Source of the DNA: Cenococcum geophilum
Taxonomy: Eukaryota
DNA: 64,000 nt
Direction: 5' to 3'
Assembly: GCA_050273025.1 (NCBI GenBank)
Contig: CP158635.1
Location: 7,440,001 to 7,504,000, forward strand
In this document: piece by piece, positions 52,800 through 64,000 of the stretch
How positions within the stretch are numbered: position 1 is the stretch's first letter
How the letters are laid out: every line of letters begins with the position of its first letter
Program-made: the position numbers and the translations under genes
Notes under the pieces: generated by a model
What the model saw: only the letters and a program-made list of their open reading frames with translations
What the model was told of the DNA's origin: nothing
The model's database searches: none

Positions 52800-55700
52800 C
52801 ATTGCTTAGATACCCTACCTATAGAAGCTCTACTGCAGATACAGTTTTTAATTTCTTAAAGAATTCCAAAGCGCTATTAGTCTATCGGTTTAAATAAATA
52901 GATGTTAAAGAGCCTATATTTAAAAACCAGATAAGGGCTTAATAAGCTTAATTAACATTAAACTAATGGCTCTAATATTGTTGGACTTATAAGGGGATAT
53001 CACGTAGCTACGGTTCGTAGATAGTATGATGATTGTTGTTCTTATTTTTGTATATTCTTAAAGAAAGGGGTGAGGGCGAGGAACCTTAGGTTCCTCGCTA
53101 CGGTAGTACCGCGGCGACACGTGACGGCAACTTGCCTCACGTGACGGCAATTTGCCTTATATGGCGGCAATTTGCCCTATTTCTAACACTAGTAACTCTT
53201 CTTTTTTATAGTTACTATTTATATATATATAAACAGACAGGATGCAATAATACCAGATAGTATATAATAAGACTAAACACTATGCGATAATGCAGTAGTT
53301 AGCAAAGATGGGTAGGCCGCTAAGGCGCTAGCAGTAAGCAAGCTAATGGCGATTTTCTATCCCGGGGATGGAAAATCCTAATTAGCTAGATTAAGTTAGG
53401 GTCTGTAGAATATTATACTCTAAAAAGTCTTGGTAAGAGAATCTAACTAATTAGATAACTTTAACCGCCGGTTAAAGTTCCTGGATATTTTAAGACCTTA
53501 CGTGACTAAGAAATTTCTGGGGACTCCCTTTTAACCCAACCTTTAACTTATACACATAGAGTATTCGTGTTAATAAACGTCTCTAGTGCCTTGTTTAGGT
53601 TTGCCTTTATTATTATATCTGCCGGGTTATCTTAGCCATTAATCCATTAAATCTTAAAGAGTTCTTAACGCTTGTAGGATTGCTGAAGTGCTATAATATC
53701 GATTATAAGGCGCTTTTTTTTTGTGGTACCGAGCTTAACTAAATACTTATAGAGGGAATATAAGTTGGTGTATATGATTATAGGGATAACGGAAAGTTTG
53801 AGTCGATCTGTAATTATCTTTAGGGTAGTTCCAATTGCAATTGCTATATTAACTCCGCTAACCATTCTATATATCTCTGACGCTAAAATACTTCGGGTGA
53901 CGCGCTTACTCTTAGTTGAGCTCTAATAGATAAGATTGCCATAGATTGTGAAGTTATTCTCTTTAGTAAATTCATTTACAATAATAATCTTATATTCTAA
54001 CTAGGAGCTAAAATCTTTATTATTTATAAATGATTTATTAACAAATACAAAGAGCTTAGCGGTAGGAAGATTAATAGGTACGTAGAGTAGTCCCTAATTA
54101 AGATAGTTTATTTACCAGAAAAGACGCTTATTTAGGGTAAGGATATTATCCTTAGTTGGTTTCTAGTATTAGGCGGCAATAGAGAAATTAAATAAAGCCT
54201 TAGGTTAATAGATAGAAGTAATATAAGCTTTGCAAGCGCGTTACTCTATATATCCTTACTTTAGAGAATTAGTGTTAATAACGTTAATCTTTTTACCTTA
54301 ACCCTTCTGGCGCAGAGTAATAGAATCCTTATTTAGGGAGAGGATGCATCCGTTAAAGAGTAATGGTGTTATTAAACTAAGCTTTTCCTTTAGCTTTGCT
54401 ATAAGATTTGCCTTTACTAGCTCGTCTTCTTTAAGAGCTAAGAATTGGTCGTCTCCTAAGATAATTATATTGTTAGTTTATATGCCGACAATTCCAAATA
54501 GAGTTCCCGTAGTTGTAATGAGGAAGTAGGGATTAAATATAGAAGTAGTTATTAAAAGCTTTTCTTTGTGGTGCTTGCTATAGGTAGCCTACTAATAAGT
54601 TCCTGCTTTTGTAATTCTATATAGTGGCTTAAGTACAACTATAATCGTATCTTTGGGATATTGGTGGCGAATTTGCTTTAGAAGGTATGCTAGTATTAAG
54701 CGCTAAAGGCGCGTCTCTAATTGGGTATAGGCCTAAGTAATATCTTATAAATAAACTGCCATTCTGTTCTTTATTAAGGAGGGAGCTAGTATAACAATGA
54801 CTTGCTGACTAGCTTATTATATTATAGAAGATTGCGTAAGAATTACCTCCTTACTATTATTGTTATAACCTTAGATAATAAGCCTTAATTTCTTAAATAG
54901 GGTATTAGTAGCTTTGCCCTTAATCTTATTAACTATTTTTAACTTAAAGATGCAAATTCTATTAAACTTAGTAGGGTTATACTTCTTAAATTTAAAGACT
55001 CCTCTTGTAATAAGACCGTTAATCTCCTACTTATTAGATGCTTGGAAAGGAGTCCCTGGAGTTATAATATAACCTTCCTTTTAAAGCTGTTTTGCGAGCT
55101 TAAAGTTAGCCTTCTCTTTAGCTATTATAAAGGCTATTAATAACTCAACTCTATTCTTAATGGCAGCAATAAATTGCTTTTTGAAATTAATAAGGTGTTG
55201 GCGATTTTATAATCCCTTTAGGCGACCTCTACTATATTGTGGTTGCGGCACGTCTACTATAATTATATTAGGATTATAGTTGCCTTCTAGGGTACGTTAG
55301 TTGTAGTTCTCCTCTAGGGTATTTTCTAGGGTATCTTTTAGGGTATCCTATAAAGGCTTGGAACTGTTATTTTTATAGTAGGGCCTAATAACGGTTAAAT
55401 GGAATTAAGTGGGTCTATAGGGCATCTAAAGAGTGCAAGTTTAACTATTAGTTGTAATGAGTTTATGTAGGCCTAACTATCCTCCCTTTTTATGCTATAC
55501 CCGTACTTTAGATTGGAGTGGCAGATTAAGCGTAGTTGAGGTGTTTAGGCCATTTCTTATTTCTAGTGCGTTATTAACCTGGCGCGTAGCGTATAGATAT
55601 TATACCTCCTTTGTTGCTTTATAAATAGCCTTAGCTCGTTATATAATAGAGGGAGATAGTGGAGAATTGTTAGTTATTTAAGGGTAGGCGCTAAAGACTA

Positions 55701-58700
55701 GTAACGTGGGTACGAGCTTATCTGGGCCAGTGGAATCATTGATGGCCTTAACAGCTATTTATAAGATGATTTCTTTGCTAGCGTCCTCTAGTTCTAAAGA
55801 AATAATCTTATATACTCGGCGTAATGGTATGTGGTATCGCTCTACTTTTCTAATACTATTATATGCCTTAATAGGGACTTCCTTAACCTTAATTGCCATT
55901 GCTTTTGCCTATTATTGAAACTCCGTAGATAAGAAGTTCTTTCCTATATTGTGAATGATTTAATTAGGGGGTCCTAGGTAAATATTGATTTAGTATAACC
56001 AAAGGGTATCCTATGCGTTTTTAGCTAATATATCCCTTAAGAAATATATGGCTTAGAAGGAGGTTAATAAGTTAATAGCTTAGAGGACTGGCTTGCCGTT
56101 AAGATATATAACATTAATAATAATATAGAAGTTAAAGTTGTAGTTATCTTTAAGGGTGAACTTAAATTGGCTAGGGGACTTCTGGTTTATTTAGCAGTAA
56201 TAGTAGTACTTTATAAGATGCTTAATTGCCTTAACCTTGACTTTATAACCTGCTTGTTAAAGAACCCTAAGCAGTTAGTAAACGGATGGGTGGCCAAAAT
56301 GATGGTGTAGTTGGCGTAATTCTGACTTAGTTAAGTGGCTTTAAGTAATACTCTTTTCTAGTTAATAAAGGAGTAACTAGGGGTAACCCTACTTGCGCAT
56401 GACGGGTATCTAATTGTCTCCCTAAATAAGTATATTCTTAAGGTTGTTAAGCCTAATACCTAACTTATTTATATCTTTAATGTAAAATAGAAACGGAGTG
56501 TTTGTAGGAATAATGTAAAAACTGATGTACCCTAAGGGGGTTTAAACCTTAATTGTGCTGAGAGAGATTATAGTACCTTTGCTAAAACGAATTATATGCT
56601 GGCCTGCCGTTAAATAGTTAATCTAAACAGAGCTATTAAGCTACTAAAGGGCTTAAACTTGAGGTTCTCCTGCTATAGATACTTCTGCGGCTCTAGTATC
56701 TGGTATAATACTATAGAAGACGTTCGCCGAGTATTTGTTGTTAAAGGAAAACGCGGAGCTCTCTTTTGGCTTATTAAAGATATCTAACTTTGTAATAGAA
56801 TGGAGTGTAGATTGGTTATTAAGAATAGTAATGGTTTATATACCATTTACCTTACTATACTTAGTAAAGTATTAGTTAAGTAAGTAGTCCTCAATTTCTA
56901 TATCTATAAGGAGCTGTTTGGTCTTATTAACCTTACCCTTAAGGTCTTTTACGCCTTTATATTGAACTAGGAAGCTTTAGAAGTAGGCCGTAGTAACCTT
57001 GCAATTTCTAACGTTTCTTATACTCTAATGGAACTTATTATATACCTCTTTTTACTTATTAAGGGAGTGTCTAGTTAACTAGTAATTTGGCTTCTTATAA
57101 ATATAGCACTTCTTTTAGTGATTACTTTGAAATAAACCTCCATAAGGACCTTTATAATTACTTTGTGGTCGACATTAATTATACCCTTTGCCGTATTCCC
57201 TACTACGGCCACTATATATTCGATTAGTCTAGTTATGATTATGTTGGTTGGGAACGCTTAGTTGGGTAGGGCTTTTGGTATAGAGCTGTTAAGATTCTTG
57301 TATTTGTATTGCAGTACCTACAGCGGAGCGTAGCTTGGCATATACTCCTTTAAATGTGTTTATAGGTTTATATAGCGCCAAGTTGCACTTAGGAACGCTA
57401 TAGCATGCTAAAATAACCTAGTCCCTTAGACTGTTCTTATTTTAGTAGGTTTTAGTAAGACTATATTAGATTTTCTAGAGTTTATTAAAGAGTAGTTAAA
57501 GACACTCTAGGTAAGTCGTTATTGGGTTAGAAGCGATAACTCTTTAGAATATAGTCTCCCGCTATTTGGACATATAGAGTTAGCGGTTTTTATTGGTTTT
57601 AAAGTAGGCTCTAGTAAGCTAAAGCATTATATTAAAGCTATAGTTTTTACCTATGATATAGTCGTAATAGAACGTTACCGCCCGTCCCTTTAATATAATA
57701 GAGAAAGCATAATAGAACTAATGGCGTTGAATTCTAACCTTGTTGTAGCAGTTATAAAAGACCTGTAGTTTTACTCCGAGTATATTATATAATTCTCCTC
57801 TAAACTTCTTCTCTTCGTCCAAATATACCTTTATTAGATTCGTGACTTCTTAAGATAGAGGCTTATTAGTTGGCTGGGATAGAGGAGTTAGAGGTAGTGG
57901 AGGTAGAGGAAGAGCACCTCTAGGTGGGAGAGTACCTCTAGGTGGGAGAGTAGCGTTCTAGGGGTTTTATTCCGAATTAAAGTTGCCTTCCGAAGAATAT
58001 AGGTTAGTTTTAGGTTTCCATAGTTAACGTATAATCTTAGCTTTCGTCTATACTAGTTCTTCTATACTAGTAAGAACGGCGTAAATATTACTGGTAATTG
58101 GGTTACCGTCCTTAGTAACGTATACCCTATTCCTTTAGAGGGAGTTTTAAAAATCCTAAATAATATTAACATTGCTAAGTGCCTAGGTGTCGGCGGTCCA
58201 TCCTATAAAATCCTCCCTAAAGTATTCCCATAACTGTAAATCGGCGTAATAGCTATCTTAGTAGAATAGAATATAGTATAGGAGAAAGCTGTTAACTTAT
58301 TTTGCGGTACAGGTTGTTATATTAAAGGTAAATGCGTCCTAATCTTTATTAATAAGTTTCGCGTATATAGCTACCCCTAGTAGTAAGGAGTCTCTCTAGT
58401 TATTTAGGGTGGCTATAGTTATATCTTTAGAGGAAGGGAATATTGGTAGTATAGGGATTATTATTTAGTACGCGTTCGTGACGTATATTTGCGATTATAG
58501 GGCTTAGGACCAGTTCTAGCCTTAAATCGCGAAGACTTATAAAGCGTGTTGTTCTATATAATGGACGCAAGAATCTATAATCTGGGGAAGGCTTAGGACT
58601 AGTTCTAGCCTTTAGATCCTTAGATTCGTGGAAGAGTTCTATTTAAGGTTTAGGACTAGTTCTAACCTTAAAAGACAGCTTCCCTTAGCACGAGTAGCAC

Positions 58701-59450
58701 TGGTATAGTAGCTTGTCTCTTTTTGGTGAAAACCTAGCTGTTCTATAGTATAACAGTAAAGTTAACCACTGATTAGTGTTGGACTCATAAGGGGATATCA
58801 CGTAGCTACGGTTCGTAGATAGTATGATGATTGTTGTTCTTATTTTTATATATTCTTAAAGAAAGGGGTAAGGGCGAGGAACCTTAGGTTCCTCGCTACG
58901 GTAGTGCCGTGGCAACACGTGACGGCAACTTGCCTTACGTGACGGCAATTTGCCTTATATGGCGGCAATTTGCCCTATTCCCAACAAATATCATCTGCTT
59001 TATTAAGGCTCCCTTATAATATACTATCGCCAATATTTACTTCTTTAGGTTTAGTTTAAGCTTTAGAGTATTATATAGAAACGTATTAAGCCTAATATCT
59101 CTTATTTATAAGATAAGAACGTTTTTTATACTTAGAAAACCGTACTAAATACCTAACTTATTATAAATAAAATAAACTCTAGTTAAAACCTAGGGAACTT
59201 ATAAGTTAAAAAATATAAAGGGCCTTTAAAACTTCTTTACAAATTGTAGCCAGCTTGTAATCTCTAAAGCTAATTAATAGGCTTGCTTAAATTTCTCTTA
59301 GCGTTATATTAATATATAAATACTTACAAATTAAGTAAATATCCTAGAAAATAAAAGCTTCTTTAAGAGAAATAATATTTAGGTATTTTACTAGTACAAG
59401 CATAATCTAGTTATAACTTTAGTGCATTATAGGTCTCTATTTAATTATAA
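52800..59450 (-). pseudogene. Protein-kinase-like pseudogene split by Copia 2
   Basis: ISLKEAFIF..ITLREI*AS..YKLATICKEVLKAL (~59200-59380). NIGDSIL..ADDIRAISLMLIKLIKP reads through the TSD junction once the Copia is removed. Confidence 0.65.
52979..58986 (-). mobile_element. Full-length Ty1/Copia-type LTR retrotransposon 2 (6.0 kb); RIP-inactivated
   Basis: 210-bp LTRs at 52979-53188 and 58777-58986; TSD aatat. Integrase LHHHFGHP and YLGPP motifs; RNase H piece in ORF 53665-53865. Confidence 0.95.
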
Positions 59451-59899
59451 CTACTATAAATTTAGAGTTATTTTTATATATAATTATATACGGGCCTACC
59501 TAGTCTTTATTAAGTATCTTACGGTACTTTAGAGAAGAGGATTTATTCTATAAAATTAAGGCCTTTAGCTAGGGCAAAGCTAGAAACAAACTTCCTAAGT
59601 TAACTACGATAGGAAGTTTAGGTGGAATATTTCCCCTAGTAAGAAACGATTGTTTTAGTGATCTAGGTTAATAGGTCTTATTAATTAAAAACCTAGGGAA
59701 TAATATGGCTCTGCTACCTAAAGCTATACTTTATTATATATCTGTAAATAAAGTATAAAGATAGGAGATTTTATAATTAATTATGCTATCTAATTATAGA
59801 ATATAGATATAAATAACTACACCTACCGCTGTCGTTTTAACGGTGGCTACGCAGCCTTATAATCTTTACGCTTACGGTGTTAAAGCCTAGTTATATTAT

Positions 59900-61750
59900 A
59901 TTTAGAATAAAAAAAAGCTCTAGAAATATAATGGTCTGCAGTCCTAAACTAAGCATTAAGCCTCTATTGTTTTATAAACCACTCTATGCTATATAGGAAG
60001 CCGCCAAGTTTTTAGTAGTTTAGCTCGTCTATTTTTAGGAAAAAAGTAATTATATTGCGTAGGTGTCTAATATAGAAAACAATCTATTTACTATATTGTT
60101 GGTACCATAAGTAGATGTCTTCTTCTCCTTTAAAAATAGCTAAAAGGCCTCTTTCGCTAGTTATCTTACTAGTAAACTCTAAGGAAAATAAAAATAGTTT
60201 AGTTAGGGCATATATAATAGTATAACTATTATTTTGGTAATATATAACTCCTTCGCATCTATAAAACCCATTTTTATAATATAGTAAGCAGTCTAACTCT
60301 AAATAGAACGAAGATATAAGCAGCGCTAAGACTACTCCTTCCTATTTAGACTTTCCTAATAATTAGAATTAAACTACTCTTTATAGGTTATCTATTTACG
60401 TAATATTATTAAGCCTAGGTACTTATCCCACTTTAATATTTAATCGGAAGTAATCTTCCCTTAAATTTTTATTAAGACTATTATATATACCTTACCATTG
60501 TTTCTAAATATCTATATAGGAAGAAAGTAAGTTATAGATACTTTTTACCCCCTGGGGTAGGAATTAGCATAGGAATTAGGACGTTGTATTTAGCTAAAGA
60601 TCTAATATTGTAGTCCCTAGAGAAAGGACCATATTAGGAGATTGTTTAGGCTAGATATACTTACTTTCCCATAAACCAATTCTAATTGGATTGTTATATA
60701 GTAGCGTACCGTCTAAGTAAGGGCTATTCTTTAGATCTACTTAGGGAAACAAACTTATATAATTAGCTTAAATATATTACTAAGCGTTAAATCTTATATT
60801 AAAGCGGCTAAGGTAGCTCTTACCTTATAAAAGGATTAGTATAAGCTTTAAGTATTCTTAGAAATACTTACGCTTCCTATATATTAATTTCTTTTTCCTG
60901 CTTATATCCTTTACCTTAATTAGGATTCTATATTTAATAAAGAAGTAAAAGAAGGGAATAGTATACCAAAACCCATTTTATACGCATTATAATTTGCGAA
61001 GAAGTACGCCTAATTAGTTAAAATTAAAGTAGCGATAACTACTACCTTTTTGCCTGATAGCTGTAGGTTTTTAAACATTTGTTAATTACTAAATGTCTCC
61101 TTTAGCAAAGATTCTAGAGTAATTGCATTATAGTAGCCGTTAGACCTCCAAGCCTTAATAAGCTTTTTAATGTCGCCAAAAATGGATTTCTTTTCCTTTT
61201 ACTCTGCAAAAAATCTCCTTATAATAGATTTAAAGTTCTTATTATACTATATAACGTCCTATAAGCAGAGACCTATACTAAAAACAATTAATCCTCCTAG
61301 TAGTTTAGTTATTATCCTACTTAAATTAAGTATATCTCATTCTTACTAGAGCTTATACCTATAGTTAAATTAAAGAAATCTTATAATTTATATTTGGAAC
61401 CTAGAGTCTTTTAAGATAGGTAGCTAAGAAGAGCTAATAGGATTAACGGCGAGTATCCCTAGAAAGGTAAATTTCTTTTATAAGCTGCTCCTTTAATAGA
61501 CAAAAGCAGGCTAGAGGTAAGAGCTTCTTATTAATTAGAAAAATAATAATTAAAGAGAATATTACCTAGATATAGGAATTCGTACTAATAGTTCGCATCG
61601 CTTATTAATTATAAGCTTTGTTACTTATAGAGAATACTAAAATAAGCCTCGGCCGAATATTTTTAGGTAGGTTTTAAAAAATATCTAAAGCGGTCTATTA
61701 TACAAGCTAGCCAAGGAGTAGGTCTATACTATTAAAGTTATTTATAAAAA
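59900..61750 (-). pseudogene. Patatin-like phospholipase (PLP) pseudogene with introns
   Basis: LLSIKGAA; DFFNLTIGISS (GxSxG); GGLIVF; AYFFANYN; RATLAAL (RATSAAP); YLDGTLLYNNPIRIGLWES..VLSLGT; YFRLN; FYLELD; KLGGF. Confidence 0.85.
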
Positions 61751-62269
61751 TTATAAGAACAGTATACTGCGGTAGAATAATATAGGTAAGGGCTACGTTA
61801 AGCGCTATTTAAGTATTTACGCATAGCTATATAAGTGGATACGTTGTTATTTTATAGTAAGTTAATAGTGTCTGCTTTAGCAGAAGTATAAGTTTAGTAT
61901 TTCCATTGGTAAAGAATATAGGGTGTTTTGCGTGTATTATTGTATTATCTATATATATATTTGCTATACCTCCGGATTAATTTTTTTTAGTATTATTATA
62001 GGGGAAAAGATAACGTAACGCTGTGTTTTTATTTCCACCCATTTTGCTATAGAAAAAGACTATTAATAATATCTATTAAGATAGTTTCGGAAGTTTATCT
62101 ACTAAGTACCAGAAATAACTAATATCGCTAATTATAAGGCTATTAGAGCCGGCAATCTATAGCTACGAGATATAATTATAGAGAGATATACTTATTATAG
62201 ATAAAGAGAAAACTAGAATATTTAATATATATATAGTAGGGATAGTAGTTTTGGGTAAAAATAGAAACT

Positions 62270-62622
62270 ACTTATAGTAACAGCATCCTTAATAGGGCCT
62301 CTTACCCTCTAAAGAAAACCCCAACAGGCTATAGATAATTTAGATAATAATTACTATAATTTCTATAATGGACAAGGATATTACTATAGTTTTACTAAAG
62401 TCCGTCTAGAAAATCTAGCCGTTAAAGGGCTAGAAGTTTGCCCTACTTAAACCGTAAATAACAACTATATATAGTATCTTATCGATATATTTTATATAGA
62501 GGGCTATAATAATCTTAATTTAAAGAACCGGGTAAAAGCCTTAATTTATAATAAAGATATTAATAATATCTTATAGGCGTTAGAGATAACAATAGAAGAA
62601 TTTATGCAGTATATTAATATAC
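62270..62622 (+). pseudogene. N-terminus of a DUF3723-like protein, interrupted by Copia 3
   Basis: YSFTKVRLENL...TVNNNYI*YLIDIFYIEGYNNLNLKNRVKALI de-RIPs to G.AKV.L..L...R.VD...V.RL..IF..EGC..LDPEN.V.ALI, which matches my recollection of the DUF3723 N-terminal pattern. Confidence 0.6.
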
Positions 62623-64000
62623 TGTTGGTTATATAAGGTAATATTACGTAGCTACGGTTCGTAGATAGTATAATAATTGTTATTATATATATTCATCTTG
62701 CTTAAGGAAGGGCGAGGAGCTTAGGGCTCCTTGCTACGCTAATACCGCGGCGATATATAACGGCAACTTGCCTCGCATGACGGCAACTTACCTATATTCC
62801 CAACACTAGCAACTCTTCTTTTATGGTTGCCATCTATATATATATACCTCTCGACAAGCGTAATAAATATTAATCCTTTTTACTTACCATTGCCATTATA
62901 ATATAAGTCTCGCTGTCCTAAAATTTGCCTCTTAGTATATAGTGCTTTTTTACTTAGGAGTCGCAGGTAGATATCTTGTTAGGAGGGCCGCTAAGGCGCT
63001 AGTAGTAAGCGAGCTAATAGCGATTTTCTATCCCGGGGATAGAAAATCCTAATTAGCTAATTTAAGTTAGGGTTTGCAGAATATTATACTCCTACTCCCT
63101 TTTAACCTAACCTTTAACTTATATATATAGAGTATTTATATTAATAAACGTCTCTAGTGCCTTATTTAGGATCGCCTTCGTTATTACATCTACTAGGTTA
63201 TCTTAGCCGTTAATCTATTAAATCTTAAGGAGTTCTTAACGCTTATAGGATTGCTAAAGTGCTATAATATCAATTATAAGGCGCTTCTCCTTTATAGTAC
63301 TAAGCTTAACTAAATACTTATAGAGGGATTATAAGTTGGTATATACAATTATAGGGATAATAAGAAGTTTAAGTCGATCTATAATTATTTTTAGGGTAGT
63401 TCTAATTACAATTGCTATATTAACTCCGCTAACTATTTTATATATCTTTAACACTAGAACGCTTTAAGTAATATACTTATTCTTAGTTAAGCTCTAATAG
63501 ATAAGGTTACCGTAGATTATAAAGTTATTCTCTCTAGTAAATTCGTTTATAATAATAATCTTATATCTTAACTAAGAGCTAAAATCTTTATTATTTATAA
63601 ACGATCTATTAACAAATATAAAGAGCTTAGCGGTGGGAAGATTAATAGGCACGTAGAGTAATCCCTAATTAAGGTGGTTTATTTACTAGAAAAGACGCTT
63701 ATTTAGGGTAAGGATATTATCCTTAGTTAGTTCCTAGTGTTAAGCCGCAATAAAGAGATTAAATAAAGCCTTAGGTTAATAAATAGAAGTAATATAAGCT
63801 TCGCAAGCACGTTGCTCTACATATCCTTGCTTTAGAGAATTAACGTTAATAATATTAATCTTCTTACCTTAACCCTTCTAGCGTAAAGCAATGGAATCCT
63901 TATTTAGGGAGAGAATATATTTATTAAAGAGTAATAGTATTATTAAATTAAGCTTTTCTTTTAGCTTTGCTATAAGATTTGCCTTTACTAGCTTATCTTC
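62623..64000 (-). mobile_element. Copia 3: 3' LTR 62623-62805 plus RH/RT end, sister of Copia 2; runs off the window
   Basis: 183-bp tgttgg...ccaaca LTR similar to 52979-53188; 63090-64000 is collinear with ~53520-54430. Confidence 0.92.

Noticed and set aside
46630..52900. DUF3435 captain or Academ transposase
   Set aside because: I looked by eye and found no convincing motif, so it is not called.
1716..55918. Short ORFs in the supplied track as independent genes
   Set aside because: They are TE or pseudogene fragments, antisense or off-frame ORFs, or LTR read-throughs (e.g. 1716-1949, 10264-10479, 30265-30453).
1..64000. Alternative genetic code (TAA/TAG read-through) to explain the in-frame stops
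   Set aside because: Stops differ between paralogous copies and accompany widespread C>T/G>A missense changes, as expected from RIP.

Overview
This window is an AT-rich fungal (filamentous ascomycete-type) transposon graveyard shaped by repeat-induced point mutation (RIP). TpA is abundant, CpA/TpG are depleted, and Trp/Gln codons are turned into stops, so no intact gene is visible and most of the ORF track is noise or TE fragments. Nearly all of it resolves into nested TEs, many with matching target-site duplications (TSDs): four Ty3/Gypsy copies, three Ty1/Copia copies, two LINEs, a hAT, two pogo/Fot1 elements, a piggyBac, solo LTRs, and a 1.1-kb non-coding element with Ngaro/PAT-like split direct repeats. 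The backbone beneath the TEs carries RIP-killed genes: a RecQ-like helicase followed by a 51-bp repeat array, and a kinase-like + patatin-like phospholipase + DUF3723-like cluster resembling Starship accessory genes. The three best leads are (1) the non-autonomous split-direct-repeat element, (2) a ~70-bp module with a 27-bp palindrome shared by the 3' UTRs of Copia and Gypsy elements, in both orientations and with a compensatory base change, and (3) the relic Starship-like cargo. Protein calls come from manual translation with RIP reversed by eye; no database search was run.
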